Source of the DNA: Desulfuromonas sp.
GTDB taxonomy: Bacteria; Desulfobacterota; Desulfuromonadia; Desulfuromonadales; UBA2294
NCBI GenBank assembly: GCA_002868925.1
Contig: PKTZ01000163.1
Coordinates: forward strand, 1 to 56,156
DNA length: 56,156 nt
Reading direction: 5' to 3'
Notes under the pieces: generated by a model
Databases searched by the model: none
The model's input: only the letters and a program-made list of their open reading frames with translations
What the model was told of the DNA's origin: nothing
Translations under genes and position numbers: made by a program
Part shown: positions 41,123 through 52,930 of the stretch, piece after piece
Position numbering within the stretch: the first letter of the stretch is position 1
Layout: each line of letters starts with the position of its first letter

Positions 41123-41154
41123 TCAATCCCTGTTGCTGTAATTATTTACAATAT

Positions 41155-41185
41155 AAAAAACCGGCCCTGTTAAGGCCGGTTTTTC
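41155..41185. terminator. Bidirectional terminator
   Basis: AAAAAACCGGCC-ctgttaa-GGCCGGTTTTT between convergent genes. Confidence 0.8.
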
Positions 41186-41214
41186 GTTATTCGCAGCTGG
41201 GATTAAATCGGTTT

Positions 41215-41592
41215 TCAGGCTGCCTTCTCCGGGCAGACCATGCGGGTCACCGCCAACAGCTGATTGGGACAGAACGGCTTGGTGACCCAGCCGGAGGCTC
41301 CCGCCTTGCGGCCTTCGGTTTTTAAATCGATCTGGGTCTCCGAGGTCAGCATGATGATCGGGATAAAGCGGTAGCCGGGTGTCTTGCGCAGGGCCCGGAT
41401 CAGCTCGAGACCGTTCATTTTCGGCATGTTGAGATCGGTTACGAGCAGGTCGATCTTGCATTCCTCGAGCATGCGCATCGCTTCTTGCCCGTTCGATGCT
41501 TCTACCACGATGTAACCGGCATCGGTTAGTGTTGATTTGAGAACCGTGCGAACCGTCGGCGAATCATCTACTGCCATCACTTTTTTCGACAT
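41215..41592 (-). CDS. cheY: Single-domain CheY-like response regulator
   Basis: AVDDSPTVR, VTDLNMPKMNG, IIMLTSE, GASGWVTKPF. Confidence 0.85.
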   Translation of the reverse strand: MSKKVMAVDDSPTVRTVLKSTLTDAGYIVVEASNGQEAMRMLEECKIDLLVTDLNMPKMNGLELIRALRKTPGYRFIPIIMLTSETQIDLKTEGRKAGASGWVTKPFCPNQLLAVTRMVCPEKAA

Positions 41593-41894
41593 CGTTCTCC
41601 TCCCCGCAAGTAAAGGCGCGTCCTCTTTTCCCCGTTTTTATTTCGCTTAACGCCCCTTTTTCAGCACATCATCAGATAGGATCAAACACAGGAGCAACTG
41701 GTCCCCCTTTGTAAACAGTTTATGTTCAACCCATATCAAGGGACAATAGAAGTCCTGTTGACTTTTACGCACCCCGATGTGAACCCGGGTTGTCAACTTC
41801 ACAACCAACACAATTGACCTATTCTTTATCGACGGACCAAACAAAAAAAGACGGCCGGATGGCCGTCTCGAAGATAATTCTATTTTCCGTATTT

Positions 41895-42686
41895 CTATTT
41901 CAACTTTTTCAACCGCTCGCCCGCTTTTTGTGCCGCATCTGTCCCCGGGTAGAGCTTCACCACTTTTTGCAGCAGGACCTTGGTGGTCGCGGCATCACCG
42001 AGCGCGCTGAATGCCAACGCCTGCTTCAGCTGGGCCGCGGCCGCCTTGTTGTGCTCCGGATACTCCTGCATGATTTTCTGGAATTGTAAAATGGCATCCT
42101 CGTACCGTGCCTCGCCATAATAAGCTTCACCGATCCAGTAGAGGGCATTGACCTTGAGCTCATTCTCCGGGTAGGTTTTGACAAAAGTCTGCAACGCCTG
42201 ACGGCCACGCTCGAACGACTCCTCTTTCTGAACCAGGGTCAGGGCGGCCTCGTACTCGGCTTTCGGATCGCCCTTTTGCGGCTCCGGCTCCGGTTCGGGT
42301 TGCGGCTTTGTGGCAACCGGCTGCGGCTTTGCTTCGAGCGCGGCAATCCGTTCATCGAAGTTATTAAGCTTTAGCTCCATTTCACTGCGCATCATGTTGA
42401 GCAGCTCGTGCAGCTGGTCCCGGGTGTGCTCGAGGTCATCGAAGCGACCCTGTAGTTTTTGAAACTCGACCCGCAGGGCATCGAGCTCAGCCTGTTGATC
42501 CGCCAACATCCTGGCCGTAGTCGCCTCGTCCTCCGTCGCCGGTGCAATGGTTGCCTGCTCGACCGCCTCCAGCCGGCGCTTCATCTCTTCGAGATCACGC
42601 TCGACCTTCGACGCCGCAGAAGCGGTCCCGACCACGAACAGCGCCAGGAGAACAAATAAGGGTAAGATATATTTGAATCGCATCAT
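41895..42686 (-). CDS. cpoB: Tol-Pal system protein CpoB/YbgF
   Basis: Signal peptide, coiled coil, TPRs (NALYWIGEAYY, YPEHNK); follows pal. Confidence 0.9.
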   Translation of the reverse strand: MMRFKYILPLFVLLALFVVGTASAASKVERDLEEMKRRLEAVEQATIAPATEDEATTARMLADQQAELDALRVEFQKLQGRFDDLEHTRDQLHELLNMMRSEMELKLNNFDERIAALEAKPQPVATKPQPEPEPEPQKGDPKAEYEAALTLVQKEESFERGRQALQTFVKTYPENELKVNALYWIGEAYYGEARYEDAILQFQKIMQEYPEHNKAAAAQLKQALAFSALGDAATTKVLLQKVVKLYPGTDAAQKAGERLKKLK

Positions 42687-42748
42687 CGTTGTTCCGAAAA
42701 CAGAAAAGGCCGCGCTAAACGCGGCCTTTTCCCTGATCAAGAAAAATA

Positions 42749-43264
42749 TTATTTGGCAACAAATTCAGCCCGACGATTCTTGGCCCACGCCATTTCGGCA
42801 TGACCGGGATCGAGCGGCTTCTCTTCGCCGTAAGAGATGGTCGACATCCGCGAGGAAGATACGCCGAGGGTCGTCATGTAGTTCATGGCCGCCTGCGCCC
42901 GACGCTCGCCGAGGGCGAGGTTGTACTCGTCCGAACCGCGCTCGTCGCAGTGCCCTTCGATGCGAACCTTGAGCCCCGGAATCGCCTTCATCACTTCCGC
43001 GTTCTGGGCCAGGGTCTTGCGTGTGGCTGAGGTCAGCACGTAAGAGTCAAAATCGAAATGAACCCGGGTCAGGTCGGATACCGTATAGGACCCTGCTCCC
43101 TCAACATCGGTCTCCTGCATACCGGAATCGGTCTGCTTCAGCGGCTCGGTCGCCGGCGCTTTCGTGGGCTGCGGCGTGGGTGCCGGCTTCTTGGCACAAC
43201 CGATGGTCAAAAGGGAGGCCAGTGTAACAAGCAATACAAAACGCATGACATTCATTTTCTTCAT
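42749..43264 (-). CDS. pal: Peptidoglycan-associated lipoprotein Pal
   Basis: Lipobox LTIGC; IEGHCDERGSDEYNLALGERRA; KNRRAEF. Confidence 0.97.
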   Translation of the reverse strand: MKKMNVMRFVLLVTLASLLTIGCAKKPAPTPQPTKAPATEPLKQTDSGMQETDVEGAGSYTVSDLTRVHFDFDSYVLTSATRKTLAQNAEVMKAIPGLKVRIEGHCDERGSDEYNLALGERRAQAAMNYMTTLGVSSSRMSTISYGEEKPLDPGHAEMAWAKNRRAEFVAK

Positions 43265-43392
43265 TGTCCACTCCTCTATAAATTAACTTTGACGAAATTC
43301 ACTCCTGCAAAGAAAAAAGCAGCATAGCAAAATGTAATTCTATTTTGATGAAGCACTAATTATACAGAACTCGTTTGAAAAAACAACCTCCT

Positions 43393-44682
43393 TTACCGGC
43401 GCGGCGACCAGGCCGGGTGCTGGCAGTTGCCGGAGGAGGAAATTTTCCGCACGCCGGTCCCATCAAGGCGCATCATGTAAATCCCCCGCTTCCCGTCGGC
43501 ATCGGAAGAGTAGACGATAAACCGACCGTCCGGGCTCCAGCGCGGGTGCTCCTTGTTGCCGGAGCCGAAGGTCAGGCGCCGCTCCTCGCTACCGTCGGGG
43601 CGGATGGTGTAGATGTCGAACAGGCCGTTTTCGAGGCGGCTGAAGGCGATCAGGTCGAGGCGCGGGTTCCAGGCCGGGGTGGCGTTGTACTTGCCGTTGC
43701 GGGTAATCCGCCGCGCCGATTCATCGCCAATTTCGGCGATGAAAATATGCGGGTTGCCCTGACGGTCCGACATGAAGGCGAACCGGTCGCCGTCGGGACT
43801 GAAGGTCGGGTTGATATCGATTCCCCAGGAACTGGTCAGGCGGTTGATCATCCGGCCACCCGCTTCGATCATGTAGATCTCGGTATTGCCACTTTGTGAC
43901 AGGGTCAGGGCGATTTCTTCCTCGCCGGGCCGGAAACGGGCGGTCACGTTGAGCCCCTTGCGCGACGAGATCCGTTTTTCGACCCCGCTCGCCAACTGCT
44001 TGCGGTAAAGGTCGGGGTTCCCCTCCTTGAACGAGGTGAAGACGATCTCGCTGCCATCGGAGGAGAAATCGGGGTTGAGGGCAATACTGCGGTGGTCGGT
44101 CAGACGCAGGTCGTTGTGACCGTCGCTGTCGGTAATGTAGATTTCCTTGTTGCCGGTGCGATCAGAGACATAGGCGATGCTGCTGTTGAATGGTCCCTCG
44201 AACCCGGTCAGCGCCTCCAGAACCTGGTCGGCGAAGGCGTGCCCCATCCGTCGCAGGTCGGTAAGGCGACCGACGTAGCGCCGACCGGCGCTGAGCCGGT
44301 TGCGGTTGACATCGAACAGGCGCGCTTCGACCACCAGCTCTTCACCCCGGATCGAATAGGCGCCCTTGATCAACACCTCGGCCCCGAGCAAACGCCACTG
44401 GTCGAAAGCGACATCGATACTGATCAGTCCGATCTTGTCGGCATCGGAGAGGAACGCCTCCGGGTCGACCATGTCGAAGAGACCGGAAAAATCGAGATCA
44501 CCTTCCAGGACCTCGTGCAGTTCGGCGGCGATCTCCGGACGGACGTTTTCATCAAGCGGCAGGAATTCGGTCAGGGCGAGCGGAATCAACTGCTGGCCGG
44601 GCGAACTGATCTCGATCTGGGCCGCGGCCGGAACAGCGAGCCCGATCAGGATGGTAAGACTTATTGCGATTCGTTTAAGCAT
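43393..44682 (-). CDS. tolB: Tol-Pal beta-propeller protein TolB
   Basis: TolB_N domain plus PD40 repeats (PTFSPDG, PRWSPDG). Confidence 0.95.
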   Translation of the reverse strand: MLKRIAISLTILIGLAVPAAAQIEISSPGQQLIPLALTEFLPLDENVRPEIAAELHEVLEGDLDFSGLFDMVDPEAFLSDADKIGLISIDVAFDQWRLLGAEVLIKGAYSIRGEELVVEARLFDVNRNRLSAGRRYVGRLTDLRRMGHAFADQVLEALTGFEGPFNSSIAYVSDRTGNKEIYITDSDGHNDLRLTDHRSIALNPDFSSDGSEIVFTSFKEGNPDLYRKQLASGVEKRISSRKGLNVTARFRPGEEEIALTLSQSGNTEIYMIEAGGRMINRLTSSWGIDINPTFSPDGDRFAFMSDRQGNPHIFIAEIGDESARRITRNGKYNATPAWNPRLDLIAFSRLENGLFDIYTIRPDGSEERRLTFGSGNKEHPRWSPDGRFIVYSSDADGKRGIYMMRLDGTGVRKISSSGNCQHPAWSPRR

Positions 44683-44686
44683 TGTT

Positions 44687-45475
44687 CTAGTTCAACAAAT
44701 CCTTGAGGTTGAATTCGACATCGACCTCCCGGAACCGGACCGGCTCGGGAAGCGGCAACTGCCGACTCTTCAGTATAGCGCTCTTGACCGAATCGTCAAA
44801 AATGGCATCGCCCGATTTTTCGAGAAAGCGGAAATCGGTCAATCGCCCTTTTTTGTCATATTGTAACCGGACCAACGCTTTCAGGTCGAGGCGGGTCACC
44901 TGGTATTCGGAAAGGGCCCACTGCTGTTTCAGGTAAGCCTGCAGCCAGGCCATATCGCTCGGGCCGGCCTGGTCACCACTCCCCTCCGGCATGCCGATCG
45001 GCGCATCGGGGACCGCGTCTTCGCCTCGCGTCTCTTGGCTGGTCAGGGCTGCCAGCTTCTCTTTCAGCGCGTCGATCTCCTTGCGCTTCTCCTTCTTCTT
45101 CTGCATGGCGGCGATGCGCTCGGCAATCTCGCTGTCGCTCGGACCGGCCGGAACCTTTTCTTTGGGCGTAACCGGAACCGTTGCGCTCTTTTCGACCTTG
45201 GGCGACGACTTCTTGACCACCGGCGTCTTCGCTTTCGGCTTCTCCTTTTTCACAGGGGCCGCCGCCGGCCGACCCGCCTGCGGGCGCTCGACCGGAAGGT
45301 TGACCAGGTCGACATAGTAGACCGGGCGCTTTTCACCGGAGAGGTTCGGCCAGATCAGTCCGGAAAAGATCAGGAAGACCAACAGGTGTAACGTCAGGGA
45401 GGTTAAAAAGGCGCGGCCGAGCTTCGGTTCGATATCGGTCCGCGTGCCACGCCGTATAAAACGATTTCCGGTCAT
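44687..45475 (-). CDS. tolA: TolA/TonB C-terminal domain protein
   Basis: TM with SLTLH motif, Lys/Pro-rich linker, SGDAIFDDSVKSAI. Confidence 0.85.
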   Translation of the reverse strand: MTGNRFIRRGTRTDIEPKLGRAFLTSLTLHLLVFLIFSGLIWPNLSGEKRPVYYVDLVNLPVERPQAGRPAAAPVKKEKPKAKTPVVKKSSPKVEKSATVPVTPKEKVPAGPSDSEIAERIAAMQKKKEKRKEIDALKEKLAALTSQETRGEDAVPDAPIGMPEGSGDQAGPSDMAWLQAYLKQQWALSEYQVTRLDLKALVRLQYDKKGRLTDFRFLEKSGDAIFDDSVKSAILKSRQLPLPEPVRFREVDVEFNLKDLLN

Positions 45476-45498
45476 AGCAAAAAAGAAAAAACCTCTAT

Positions 45499-45920
<422 letters not shown>

Positions 45921-45921
<1 letters not shown>

Positions 45922-46586
45922 TACTTTCTCCGCCCCATATGTTCGATGATGTTGAGGAACTCCTGGGAGAAGTTGTCCATCTCGCCGCTCAACAGGTTGA
46001 CCTTGTTGACGAAGTGGTTGTAGGCGACAACCGCCGGGATCGCTGCCACCAGGCCGATGGCGGTCGCTACCAGTGCTTCCGAGATGCCGGGCGCCACCAC
46101 CGCCAGCGAGGCGGAGCCGGTCTGGCCGATGCTGCGGAACGAGTCCATGATTCCCCAGACCGTACCGAACAGACCGATGAACGGCGCGGTTGAACCGGTG
46201 GTCGCCAAAAAGGTGAGAAACTTCTCCAGCCGCTGCAGCTCCTGGGTCGTCGCCCGGCGCAGCGCGCGGGCGACGTTGTCGGCACCTCGCATGTCGATGC
46301 CGAAGGCTTCATCATCATCGGTCTGGCGCTGGCTGCGTGCCAGCTCGTGATACGCTTCGCGAAAGAGAACGGTCAACGGCGAGTGGGCGAACTCCTTGAG
46401 GTTCTGTTGCACGACGTCGAAGCGCTTCTTGCTCCAGAACATCTCGAGAAAGGCCTCGGAGTCCTTCTTCGCCCGGTTGATGGTTTTCATTTTAAGGAAA
46501 ATGATGGCCCAGGAGACCACCGAGAAATATACCAGTACCAGTAATACGCCCTTGACGACCGGGCCGGCCCCCATGATCAGATCCAA
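45921..46586 (-). CDS. tolQ: TolQ
   Basis: LATTGSTAPFIGLFGTVWGIM, VAPGISEALVATAIGL. Confidence 0.95.
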
Positions 46587-46655
46587 AACGTCATCCTCCC
46601 GCGAAGTAGTTTAAGCTGCTGCGATTATCGACTATCGGCACCGGCAAGTCAACGG

Positions 46656-47321
46656 CTACGCCGTCGACCGGAGCAGGTGTGACAACTCGCGCCGGATATG
46701 GACGGCGGTCGCCGATTCCGGCGAGCGCTCGACCAATGCCAGCAGCGACGCTATATCGTCGAGATCGTGCCAGCGGTCGATCTCGGTGTAACACAGTCCA
46801 TGCTCTCGCGCCAGCTGCCGGGTCCGCGGCAGAACCTCCGGCGTGCTCCAGGGGACAGCGCTGAAAACCTCCGGACAGGGACCGCTGGTCCCGACCAGAA
46901 CATAACCGCCATCGGTCGCCGGAACGGTGACGACCTGGTTCTTTGCCAGCGCGGCAAAGGCCTTGTCGACCAGTTCGATCGGCAGGTCGGGACTGTCGCT
47001 GCCGATCAGGGCAGCCGCACCGCAACTATCGGCATGAAGCAGTGAAAGGGCGTTGGCCATCTTCTGACCGAGGTCGTCGCCATCCTGAGGGAACTGTTTA
47101 AAATCGGGGTAGTGTGTTCGAAAGAACTCGGCCGAACCGACAAAAAAGAGGATCGGCCTTGGCGAGCGATCGGCAAAACGGTGGAGGGTTTCGGCCAGCG
47201 CTACTCCGTAAAGGCGGGCCGCCTGTTCAGGTGAAAGGGGCGGGGTCAGGCGGGTCTTGACGAAACCGGCGATCGGCTCCTTGACAAAGATGCCGAGCCG
47301 AGCCGCGTCATTCCTATTCAT
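46656..47321 (-). CDS. DUF2064/TIGR04282 family CofC-like nucleotidyl/glycosyltransferase
   Basis: FVKEPIAGFVKTRL, QDGDDLGQKM, IGSDSPDL, PATDGGYVLVG, WHDLDDIASL. Confidence 0.85.
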   Translation of the reverse strand: MNRNDAARLGIFVKEPIAGFVKTRLTPPLSPEQAARLYGVALAETLHRFADRSPRPILFFVGSAEFFRTHYPDFKQFPQDGDDLGQKMANALSLLHADSCGAAALIGSDSPDLPIELVDKAFAALAKNQVVTVPATDGGYVLVGTSGPCPEVFSAVPWSTPEVLPRTRQLAREHGLCYTEIDRWHDLDDIASLLALVERSPESATAVHIRRELSHLLRSTA

Positions 47322-47346
47322 TTTCGACAAACTCTCAATTACTCGG

Positions 47347-47381
47347 GGTTTTTCCACTGTTTGCACAGAGTTATCAACAGG
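47347..47381. promoter_or_regulatory. Triple DnaA-box-like module, copy 1
   Basis: TTTTCCACT-GTTTGCACA-gag-TTATCAACA; each one mismatch from TTWTNCACA. Confidence 0.55.
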
Positions 47382-47389
47382 TTGGGCGA

Positions 47390-48166
47390 TCAGCGCTCGA
47401 GCATGGCGTAGGCGGAATGGTTGTGGATCGACTCGAAATTCTCACATTCAACACGAAACCAACTTATCTCATCGATTTTACTCAGTTTTTCGGTAACGGC
47501 CCGGACGATATCCTCGACGAACATCGGGTTGTCGTAGGCGAGCTCGGTGACCGCCTTCTCGTCCTCCCGCTTGAGCAGGGAGTAGACCGGCGAGCTGCCG
47601 CACTGTTCGATCCACATAATCAAATCTTCGATCCAGATAAAGCTCTCCATCCGGATATCGACCCGCACTTCGCTGCGCTGATTGTGGGCGCCGCGGCTGC
47701 TGATCTCGCGCGAGCAGGGACAGAGCGAGGTGACCGGGACCGAGACTCCGAGCACGAAATCGGTCTGGTCGTTTTCGTCGAGTTGACCGTGCAGGCGGCA
47801 GCTGTACTCCATCAGCCCCTTCGCCTTCGACACCGGAGCTTCCTTTTCAATGAAATAAGGAAACTCCATCTCGATATGGGCGCTGCTCGCCTCAAGCCGC
47901 CGTTTCATCTGTTCCAGGATCTCCCCCATGTTGCGGTCGATTTCACCGCGGTACTGGTTGAGGATCTCGACGAAGCGGCTCATGTGCGTCCCCTTGAAAT
48001 GGTGCGGCAGGTCGACGTACATGTTGATCCGGGCGACGGTATGCTGCTTTTCCTGGCTGCGGTCCATGACCACGATCGGATAGTGGATATCCTTGACCCC
48101 GACCTTGTCGATCGGGATATTGCGGGTATCGGCTGATTGCTGCAGGTCGGGCATTTCGTTTTTCAT
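47390..48166 (-). CDS. folE2: GTP cyclohydrolase FolE2
   Basis: [48 protein letters not shown]. Confidence 0.96.
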   Translation of the reverse strand: MKNEMPDLQQSADTRNIPIDKVGVKDIHYPIVVMDRSQEKQHTVARINMYVDLPHHFKGTHMSRFVEILNQYRGEIDRNMGEILEQMKRRLEASSAHIEMEFPYFIEKEAPVSKAKGLMEYSCRLHGQLDENDQTDFVLGVSVPVTSLCPCSREISSRGAHNQRSEVRVDIRMESFIWIEDLIMWIEQCGSSPVYSLLKREDEKAVTELAYDNPMFVEDIVRAVTEKLSKIDEISWFRVECENFESIHNHSAYAMLER

Positions 48167-48855
48167 GATCCCACCTCCACGGCATAGTCGACCGGGTCAC
48201 TGCTGCCGACCTCGCGAAACCCCTTGAGCCGGAGTTGACAGGAGTCGCAACGGCCGCAGGCGAGCCCCTCCGGGGTCGGGTCGTAACAGGAATGGGTCAG
48301 GCCGTAATCGACGTCGAGCTCAAGACCACGCCGGATGATCTCCGCCTTGGTCAGGTCGATCAGCGGCGTGTGAATTTTCAGGCCACCCTGCTCGACCCCG
48401 GCCTTGGTCGCCAGGTTGGCCATCTTCTCGTAAGCGGCGATATACTCGGGCCGGCAATCGGGATAACCGGAGTAATCGAGGGCATTGACCCCGATGAAGA
48501 TATCGGTGGCGCCGAGGACCTCGGCCCAGGCCAGCGCGTAGGAGAGGAAAATGGTATTGCGCGCCGGTACGTAGGTGACCGGGATCGCGTCGTCAATCGG
48601 CCTATCCTTCGGCACCTCGGTATCGGCGGTCAGGGCACTGCCGCCGAATTGGCGCAGGTCGATATCGACCACCCGGTGCTCGGCCGCGCCGACATGCGGC
48701 GCATACTCCTTTGCTTTTTCCAGCTCAAAGGAATGGCGCTGGCCGTAGGAGAAGCTGAGGGCGTAAGGGACGAACCCTTCGGCCTTGGCGATCGCCAGGC
48801 AGGTCGTCGAGTCGAGCCCGCCGCTATAGAGGACAACTGCTTTTTTCATAATCAT
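48163..48855 (-). CDS. queC: 7-cyano-7-deazaguanine synthase
   Basis: [29 protein letters not shown]...[10 protein letters not shown]. Confidence 0.97.
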   Translation of the reverse strand: MIMKKAVVLYSGGLDSTTCLAIAKAEGFVPYALSFSYGQRHSFELEKAKEYAPHVGAAEHRVVDIDLRQFGGSALTADTEVPKDRPIDDAIPVTYVPARNTIFLSYALAWAEVLGATDIFIGVNALDYSGYPDCRPEYIAAYEKMANLATKAGVEQGGLKIHTPLIDLTKAEIIRRGLELDVDYGLTHSCYDPTPEGLACGRCDSCQLRLKGFREVGSSDPVDYAVEVGS

Positions 48856-50309
48856 CAGTAGACTTCAAAAAAGGGACCGGTTCCGAGCCGATGTACCTTC
48901 ATCAGGTTGGTCGTCCCTGGATCGGAAACCGGGCTGCCCATGGTAATGACGACGACATCGCCCCGCTCCAGCTCGCCGACCGTGAGCACTGCCTTCTCGA
49001 CCGAGCGGATCTGGGCTTCGGTGTCCCCCTCGATATCGACCCGGATCGAACGGACGCCGCGATAGAGTGCCATCCGGCGACGCACTGCCTGGGTCGGGGT
49101 CACCGCGTAGATCGGCAGGTTCGGCCGATACTTGGCGACCAGCGCCGCGGTACTGCCGGTCTGGGTAAAGGCGAGAATCGCCGCTGCTTCGACCACCTCG
49201 GCGGTCCGGCAGGCGGCCTGGCCGATCGCCTCCGGCAGCTCGCGATAACCCTTTCCTTCCGAGATCGGGTGAAACTCCTTGGCCAGCAACTGCGGATCGC
49301 TCTCGACATCGGCCGCAACCCGGACCATCAACTTGACCGCTTCGACCGGGTACTTGCCGGAGGCGGTTTCGGCCGAAAGCATAATCGCATCGGTCCCGTC
49401 GAGAATAGCATTGGCGACGTCGGAGGTCTCGGCCCGGGTCGGACGCGGGTTGTTGACCATGCTCTCCAGCATCTGGGTCGCGGTAATGACCGGCTTGCCG
49501 GCGATGTTGCATTTGCGGATAATGTTCTTCTGAATCAGCGGCACTTTCTCCGGCAGGATCTCGACCCCGAGATCGCCGCGCGCCACCATGACCCCGTCGG
49601 TCGCGGCCAGGATGGCGTCGAAATTCTCCACCGCCTCCGGTTTTTCGATCTTGGCGATGACCCGGATATCGGCCTTCGACTCGTGCAGCCGTTTTTTCAG
49701 CTGGATCACCTCGTCGGCGGTCCGGACAAACGACAGCGCCAGGTAATCAACCCCTTCGCGCAGGCAGAATTCGAAATCCTCGATATCCTTTTCGGTCAAC
49801 GCCGGCGCCGAGACCTTGACCCCCGGCAGGTTGATCCCCTTGCGGTCCTTCAGGGTGCCGCCGACGATCACCTCGCAGCGTACATCGCCGTTGTCAACGG
49901 CGAGAACCATCAGTTCCATCAGTCCGTCATCGAGCAGGATCCGATCTCCCGCCTCGACATCGTCCGGCAGCTGCCGGTAGGTCGTCGGGATCAGTCGACC
50001 CTCCCCCTCAACCTCGCGGGTGGTAATGGTCACCTCTGCACCGGCGGTCAGCTCAAGGGCGCCACCCTTCATCAGGCCGGTCCGGATCTTCGGACCCTGC
50101 AGGTCGCCGAGGATGGCGACCGCCCGTTGACGCTTTTTCGACAGGCTCCGGATGCGACGGATGACCTCGGCCTTGTTGGCGTGGCTGCCGTGGGAGAAGT
50201 TGAGACGGAACACATCGGCGCCGGCCTCCATCAGGGCCGTAATTTGTTCTTCGCTCTCCGAGGCCGGCCCGACGGTGGCGACGATTTTGGTATGGCAGAA
50301 CTGTTTCAT
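48855..50309 (-). CDS. pyk: Pyruvate kinase
   Basis: [48 protein letters not shown]. Confidence 0.98.
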   Translation of the reverse strand: MKQFCHTKIVATVGPASESEEQITALMEAGADVFRLNFSHGSHANKAEVIRRIRSLSKKRQRAVAILGDLQGPKIRTGLMKGGALELTAGAEVTITTREVEGEGRLIPTTYRQLPDDVEAGDRILLDDGLMELMVLAVDNGDVRCEVIVGGTLKDRKGINLPGVKVSAPALTEKDIEDFEFCLREGVDYLALSFVRTADEVIQLKKRLHESKADIRVIAKIEKPEAVENFDAILAATDGVMVARGDLGVEILPEKVPLIQKNIIRKCNIAGKPVITATQMLESMVNNPRPTRAETSDVANAILDGTDAIMLSAETASGKYPVEAVKLMVRVAADVESDPQLLAKEFHPISEGKGYRELPEAIGQAACRTAEVVEAAAILAFTQTGSTAALVAKYRPNLPIYAVTPTQAVRRRMALYRGVRSIRVDIEGDTEAQIRSVEKAVLTVGELERGDVVVITMGSPVSDPGTTNLMKVHRLGTGPFFEVY

Positions 50310-50478
50310 GTGAATCCTTCTGAATTAAAACCGTGGTGCCGGCAGCGGCCTCTTTGATTAAGGCCGGAAAGTATCTTTTGCCGTCCACGCTGCAGGCGTC
50401 CCAACTATAGCACAGGGTGTTTGCAGGACAAGTAAAATCATTGCCTGAACCGCCGCCTTTATGCTATTTTGCGGCGTT

Positions 50479-52929
50479 ATGGAGAAACGAAAACTATCTT
50501 TCAAAAACTGGTCGAAAGAGAACTGGACCAAAGAGCGGATCATCCGCATTCTTCTGCTGGCGACGACCGTCTGTGTCGTTTCCGGCTTCCTTCTCTTTGC
50601 TTCAGCCTACCTCTACATCGCCGGCGACCTGCCGCGGGTCAACACCCTGGCCGACTATCGTCCGCCGATCATTACCCGGGTTCTGAGCGACGAGGGTGAA
50701 GTCATCGCCGAGTTCGCCAAGGAACGGCGTATCGTCGTCCCTTACAAGCGGATTCCGCAAAAGCTGGTACAGGCTTTCGTCGCCGCCGAGGATTCGAACT
50801 TTTTCGAGCATTCCGGAATCGACTTCATTTCGATCCTGCGCGCCGCCTACAAGAACATCAAGGCGGGCGGCATCGTCCAGGGCGGCAGCACCATCACCCA
50901 GCAGGTTGCCAAGTCACTGCTGCTCACCCCGGAGAAGAAGTTCAAGCGCAAGTTCAAGGAGGCGATCCTCTCCTGGCGGATGGAGAAGGCGCTCTCCAAG
51001 GAGGATATTCTCTTCCTCTACCTGAACCAGATCTATCTCGGCCATCGCGCCTACGGGGTACAGGCGGCGGCCGAGAACTATTTCGACAAGGATATCGATG
51101 AGCTGACCCTGGCCGAGTGCACCATTATCGCCGGCCTGCCGCAGGCACCGAGCCGTTACTCCCCCTACAACCATTTCGACCGGGCCAGAGAGCGCCAGAA
51201 ATACGTGCTCAAACGGATGGTTGCCGACGGATACATCTCGCAGAACGAGGCGGACGAGGCGCTGGCCGAGGAGCTGACCATCCGGCCTCGTCTGAACGCC
51301 CACATCGCCCAGGCCTACTACTTTACCGAGCAGGTCCGGCGTTATCTCGAGAACAACTACAGCCAGGAGGTTCTGGAGACGCAGGGGTTGACGGTCTACA
51401 CCTCGATGAACCTCGGTATGCAGCACGCCGCCCAGGAGGCGGTCCGCAATAATCTCCGGGACCATGACAAACGCCAGGGCTTCCGTGGCCCGATCGGGGT
51501 TCTGACCGAAGAAGAAGCGGCTGAGTTTCTGGCTGAGCAGACCGAAAAGATGGAACGCAATCCGCTGGCTGCCGGTGATCTCGTCGAGGCGGTTCTGGTC
51601 GGTGGCGACGACAAGGAACTGCACCTGAAGGTCGGGGCGAATGCGGCGACCATCGATACCGAAACGGCAGAATGGGCGGGCCGTCTGACCTTGGTCGGCG
51701 CCGAGGTCGAACCGACCCACAACCCGGAAAGCAGGCGGCACAAGCTGCCGCTCGGATCGCTGCTCGAAACCCGGGTCGAAACCATCGGCGAGGACGGCTC
51801 GCTGGTTCTGACCCTTGAACAGAAACCGCTGGCCCAGGGAGCAATCGTCGCCCTCGACCCGCAGACCGGTCTGGTCAAGGCGATGGTCGGTGGCTACGAC
51901 TTCTTCGAGAGCCAGTTCAACCGGGTGCTACAGGCACGACGCCTGCCGGGGTCGGCGATCAAGCCGCTGATCTATGCCGCCGCTCTCGACAAAGGCTACA
52001 CCCCGGCGACGGTCATTCTCGACACCCCGCTGATCTACAAAGAGGTCTCGGAAGCCGGCCTCGAAACCTCATGGAAGCCGAAGAACTATTCCCAGAAGTT
52101 CTACGGGCCGACTCCGGTGCGTACCGCCCTGGCCAAGTCGCATAACGTCATCACCATCAAGATCCTCGAGGATATCGGAGTCCGCTACGCGACCAATTAC
52201 GCCAGGAAACTCGGTATCACCTCGCCGCTCAACCAGGACCTCACCTTCGCCCTCGGTTCGACCGCGATCACCCCGCTCGAACTGGCGACCGCCTATACCG
52301 TCTTTGCCAACGGAGGCGTCCGTATCACCCCGTCCTACATCGCCAAGGTCGTCGACCGCGACGGCCGGGTCCTCGAATCGATCGACCCTTCCGATTTCAC
52401 CGGCGGTATCCAGGAAGGCCAGCGCCTGATCAACCTGGGACAGGAACGGGTGATCTCACCGGAGACCGCCTACCTGGTCACCAACCTGCTCGAGAGCGTC
52501 GTCCGCCACGGCACCGGCTGGCGGGCCAAGGTCCTGCGCCGCCCGGCGGCCGGCAAGACCGGCACCACCAACGATCTCAAGGATGCCTGGTTCGCCGGCT
52601 ACATCCCGCAGTTGGTCACCGTCTCCTGGGTCGGCTATGACCAGGAGCGGCCGCTCGGTCGCCACGAGACCGGATCGAAGGCGGCCGCCCCGGCCTGGGT
52701 CGATTTCATGCAAGAGGCGATCAAGGAGATCGAACCGGCCGAGTTCCCGGTTCCGGACCAGATGGAATTCTACCCGGTCGATCCGAAAACCGGTCTGCTC
52801 ACCCCGGAGGACAACAGCGATGCGGTGGTCGAGGTCTTCGCCCCAGGCACCGCGCCGACCCGTTACTCCCTCGATGAGAGCAAACCGAAGGCCCGCGATT
52901 TCTTCCGACTCGATTTCGAAGAGAACTAG
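50479..52929 (+). CDS. mrcA: Penicillin-binding protein 1A
   Basis: TM; EDSNFFEHSG, GGSTITQQ, RKFKE; SAIK (SxxK), SHN, KTGTTN. Confidence 0.95.
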   Translation: MEKRKLSFKNWSKENWTKERIIRILLLATTVCVVSGFLLFASAYLYIAGDLPRVNTLADYRPPIITRVLSDEGEVIAEFAKERRIVVPYKRIPQKLVQAFVAAEDSNFFEHSGIDFISILRAAYKNIKAGGIVQGGSTITQQVAKSLLLTPEKKFKRKFKEAILSWRMEKALSKEDILFLYLNQIYLGHRAYGVQAAAENYFDKDIDELTLAECTIIAGLPQAPSRYSPYNHFDRARERQKYVLKRMVADGYISQNEADEALAEELTIRPRLNAHIAQAYYFTEQVRRYLENNYSQEVLETQGLTVYTSMNLGMQHAAQEAVRNNLRDHDKRQGFRGPIGVLTEEEAAEFLAEQTEKMERNPLAAGDLVEAVLVGGDDKELHLKVGANAATIDTETAEWAGRLTLVGAEVEPTHNPESRRHKLPLGSLLETRVETIGEDGSLVLTLEQKPLAQGAIVALDPQTGLVKAMVGGYDFFESQFNRVLQARRLPGSAIKPLIYAAALDKGYTPATVILDTPLIYKEVSEAGLETSWKPKNYSQKFYGPTPVRTALAKSHNVITIKILEDIGVRYATNYARKLGITSPLNQDLTFALGSTAITPLELATAYTVFANGGVRITPSYIAKVVDRDGRVLESIDPSDFTGGIQEGQRLINLGQERVISPETAYLVTNLLESVVRHGTGWRAKVLRRPAAGKTGTTNDLKDAWFAGYIPQLVTVSWVGYDQERPLGRHETGSKAAAPAWVDFMQEAIKEIEPAEFPVPDQMEFYPVDPKTGLLTPEDNSDAVVEVFAPGTAPTRYSLDESKPKARDFFRLDFEEN

Positions 52930-52930
52930 T

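Noticed and set aside
48891-50357. 488-aa ORF antisense to pyk (similar ones opposite glnS, hemW, nhaD, etfA, trxB)
   Set aside because: In-register antisense frames of conserved high-GC genes; no independent coding signal
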